Below are positions 61,501 to 64,000 of a stretch of 64,000 bases of DNA, one piece after another. The translations under genes and the position numbers were made by a program. Under the pieces are notes generated by a model. The model was not told where the DNA came from. It saw only the letters and a list, made by a program, of their open reading frames with translations, and searched no databases. Position 1 is the first letter of the stretch, and every line of letters begins with the position of its first letter. This stretch comes from Cetorhinus maximus (Eukaryota): NCBI RefSeq assembly GCF_964194155.1, contig NC_135901.1:24924001-24988000 (forward strand), written 5' to 3'.

Positions 61501-61548
61501 CTATCTTTGTTTTCCTCTTCTGTGTCTCCCACTCAGGTTCCCATCCCC
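58508..61548 (-). mobile_element. Decayed CR1 LINE spanning nearly all of ORF2 and the 3' end
   Basis: Endonuclease (MIAIT..GYSIFRK..GVVLLVK), [47 protein letters not shown]; many stops and frameshifts. Confidence 0.9.
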
Positions 61549-62739
61549 CTGGAGTCTGTGGGCTGTGGTGCAGGTGCCAATGATTGTGATTTGGGGGATC
61601 CCATGGAATCCCCTTTGGGGCAGCTTTCCTGGTGAGCCAGTCTGCCTGGTTATTACCATCACCCTCTTCACTAACTCCTGCTGCTGACGTACCTTCACCT
61701 TACAAACAGCAATTTGTCCTGGACACTTACCAGCAACATCCCGAATCATTCAGAGTTTGTAGTAGTGACTGAGTGGTTTCCTTTCTGTTGTTGAGAAGCC
61801 ATATGTTTTTTGCCAGGATGAAAGATTCTGCATGAGGGAATTACAACTAGAGGAGTTTTCAGAATAGTTGGTGCTTCTCTCAGTAACGGTTTGAAGGGCT
61901 GTGATGATGCTTTCTAGGCTGAATATTGTGGTGGTTATTTAATAAGGATATTACAGCTGTCATGAGGAATCAAAGACACAGAACAAGTCTGGCACAGACT
62001 TTGTTTATAAAACAAAGATCCATCCAGATGAACAGTGGAGTCTAACAATGATGTGGCTTTTACTGGTTCATTGTACATGGCCTCTTTCACCTAACATGTA
62101 TGTTAGGTTCTTTCATACTGAAACATCCCAGCCAATTCTTAATTGTGAGGGTGCAGGATATTAATTCATCTACTCTATTACATCAGCGACACTCCCTTAA
62201 TTGACCCTGTATTAAAAATGTCACTGTGGTATGTGGGGTATGTAGAACTATTGAATTAAACTCTACTAGGTAACTCTGTGTGCTTAATTAACCAGTGAAC
62301 TCTTCATATCTGCTTAGTACACTGGGCAATCGATCTTTGCACAAGGGTGAGTATGTCTAAGAGCTGTCCAACTGGAAAATCTTCTCCATTCACCTCTTGC
62401 ATTACGACAGCAGACTGACAGCAGACAGTTCTGTCTCCACCAACAGGGCAGTGAAATCAATTTTAAAATTTTGCAAAGAGCCAGCACAGGCATGATGGGC
62501 CAAATGGTTTCCACCTGTGCTGTATCATTCTATAAAGAAGTGAATATTCAGTATCTGGAGATAAATGAGAGAGGAACCATTAAGAAAAGCTTTATAAATT
62601 CTGCGTAGTTCCACAGCAGAGCAACGGTTTGAATCACTTTGAGAAATAGAACATAGCATTGCACCCGTTCACAAGCATGTATGTGATTTCTTAAGTTAAC
62701 GTATCCCAATTTTTAACAAAATTATTTTCCATTCTGTGT

Positions 62740-63250
62740 TTGGAGAATCAATGGCGCTACTGTTACCCAACATGCTCGGCGGCTGTGAATATGCCCTATT
62801 AACGGTACAGGAGCCCAGTGCGCAGGTGCAATGCTGGATTCCATCTCGGGCATGCGCAGTGTCACTTTGATCAGAGCCCTGTGAGTGCAATGGACGCTTT
62901 TTTCTGCGGGTAAGAGCTGGTGGGGCGGAGTGAGGAACAGAGCTGGGAGTCCTGGGTGGGGCGGGTGGAGAGAGGGGAGATTTTATAAACAACCGCTGGA
63001 GGTCACAAGCTCCGAATTAGACCCTGCAGGTCCGGCGTCTGTACTTCCGGGACTTTTTCTCTGGAACAGGCCCAGATTAACGACCACCATCTTTGTTCAG
63101 CGCTGAGCAGAGCGCGTGCGCGGCAATCTTGGTGATGCAACAGGGTGTGGGCGGGGCTCCAGGTTCCCGGTGAGCAGCAGATTGACAGGTCCGGGTTAAG
63201 GCCGCCATCTTTCCAGGAGCCAGGTGCTTTCGGACGCATGCGCGGCGATC
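62740..63250 (+). promoter_or_regulatory. CpG-island promoter of a further family member extending past the window
   Basis: TACCCAACATGCTCGGCG (62764-62781), gcatgcgca, GC boxes, acttccgg, two GTTAA..CCATCTT modules. Inverted paralogue of 27335-27910. Confidence 0.75.
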
Positions 63251-63749
63251 CTAAGACCGGAAGACATCAGAATTAGGAGCAGGAATAGGCCATTCGGTCC
63301 ATTTAGCCTGCTCCACTGATGAAATAAACTCATGGCTGATCTGATTGTTCCTCCTGCCTCCATAATCCTTGAGTCCCTTGTAGGCTGAGCCTCCATTGCT
63401 CATTGGGGAAGAGAATTCCACAGACGAATGACCTTCTGAGAGAAGAAATTTCTCCTCATCTCAGTGATAAATGGGAGACTTCTTAGTTTTAAACACTGCC
63501 CCTTGGTTCTAGATTCTCCCTATGAGGGGAAACACCTTTCAGCATCTATGTCTAGAGCCCTCAGAATCTTATATATTTCAATAAAATCCTCTCCCATTCT
63601 TATAAACTCCAAGAGTACAACCTCTAACCTTGCTTCAAACGACAAACTCCCTCATCCTCAGAATCAGACTAGTGAACCTTTACTGAACTGCCTCCTGTGC
63701 AAATAATAAGTCTTAAGTATTCCTGGGACTGGAAAAAGGGGGGAATGTT

Positions 63750-64000
63750 GTGAATTTCTATGCTGGACTAACAGTGATGGATTTTGGAAACTGTTTTTAC
63801 AGGGGGTTAGAAGGGGAGGATTTACACACAGCAAGCTCAATTCAAGAAAAATTGTTCTGTTCTGAATTTCTAACGACTACTGACACTTATGACTCTTGTA
63901 ATCTCCTTTCACAGGGAGCTAAAGATTTGAAAACTGTGATAATTTTCCCTGACTCTTTCCAACTGCAGGCTCCAGCAGGAGATTTTAAATTTGAAAACAG
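63750..64000 (+). other. Putative non-coding 5' exons of a downstream ZF gene
   Basis: tttttacag|ggggttagaaggggaggattt and tttcacag|ggagct..ctgcaggctccag match 26483-26760 (-). Confidence 0.5.

Noticed and set aside
61550-62310. Possible integrase or exon remnant shared with 29416-29720
   Set aside because: No consistent reading frame or catalytic motif found; kept only as a paralogy marker.

Overview
Vertebrate genomic DNA, inferred to be shark or ray from its repeat families and zinc-finger style. The window is a tandem cluster of eight C2H2 zinc-finger loci, labelled ZF1-ZF8 here. Each has its fingers in one exon and none has a visible KRAB, SCAN or BTB domain. Three look intact (33916-34785, 44244-45146, 48861-49814), two are truncated by nonsense codons and three are dead. 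The loci share a last-exon splice acceptor and 3' UTR, and their CpG-rich promoters are built from a few shuffled modules (CCAAT/GC, ZNF143-like, NRF1-like, YY1-like). Between them lie nested CR1, L2 and a second LINE family, a tRNA-derived SINE sharing that LINE's tail, two related LTRs and many Penelope-like (PLE) insertions. Three observations stand out. (1) A 2.46-kb near-perfect palindromic PLE insertion (14641-17103) has a 14-bp target-site duplication (TSD). (2) The PLE ends hold minimal hammerhead-ribozyme motifs, and the youngest subfamily has a fixed non-canonical core (CUGCYGA). (3) All eight ZF loci keep an N-terminal 'WKC..P' finger, and in one subfamily the start codon appears to have arisen inside a finger linker (TGEKP to TMEKP), leaving decayed fingers upstream. 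Repeat boundaries were read by eye and are approximate unless a TSD is given; no database searches were run.
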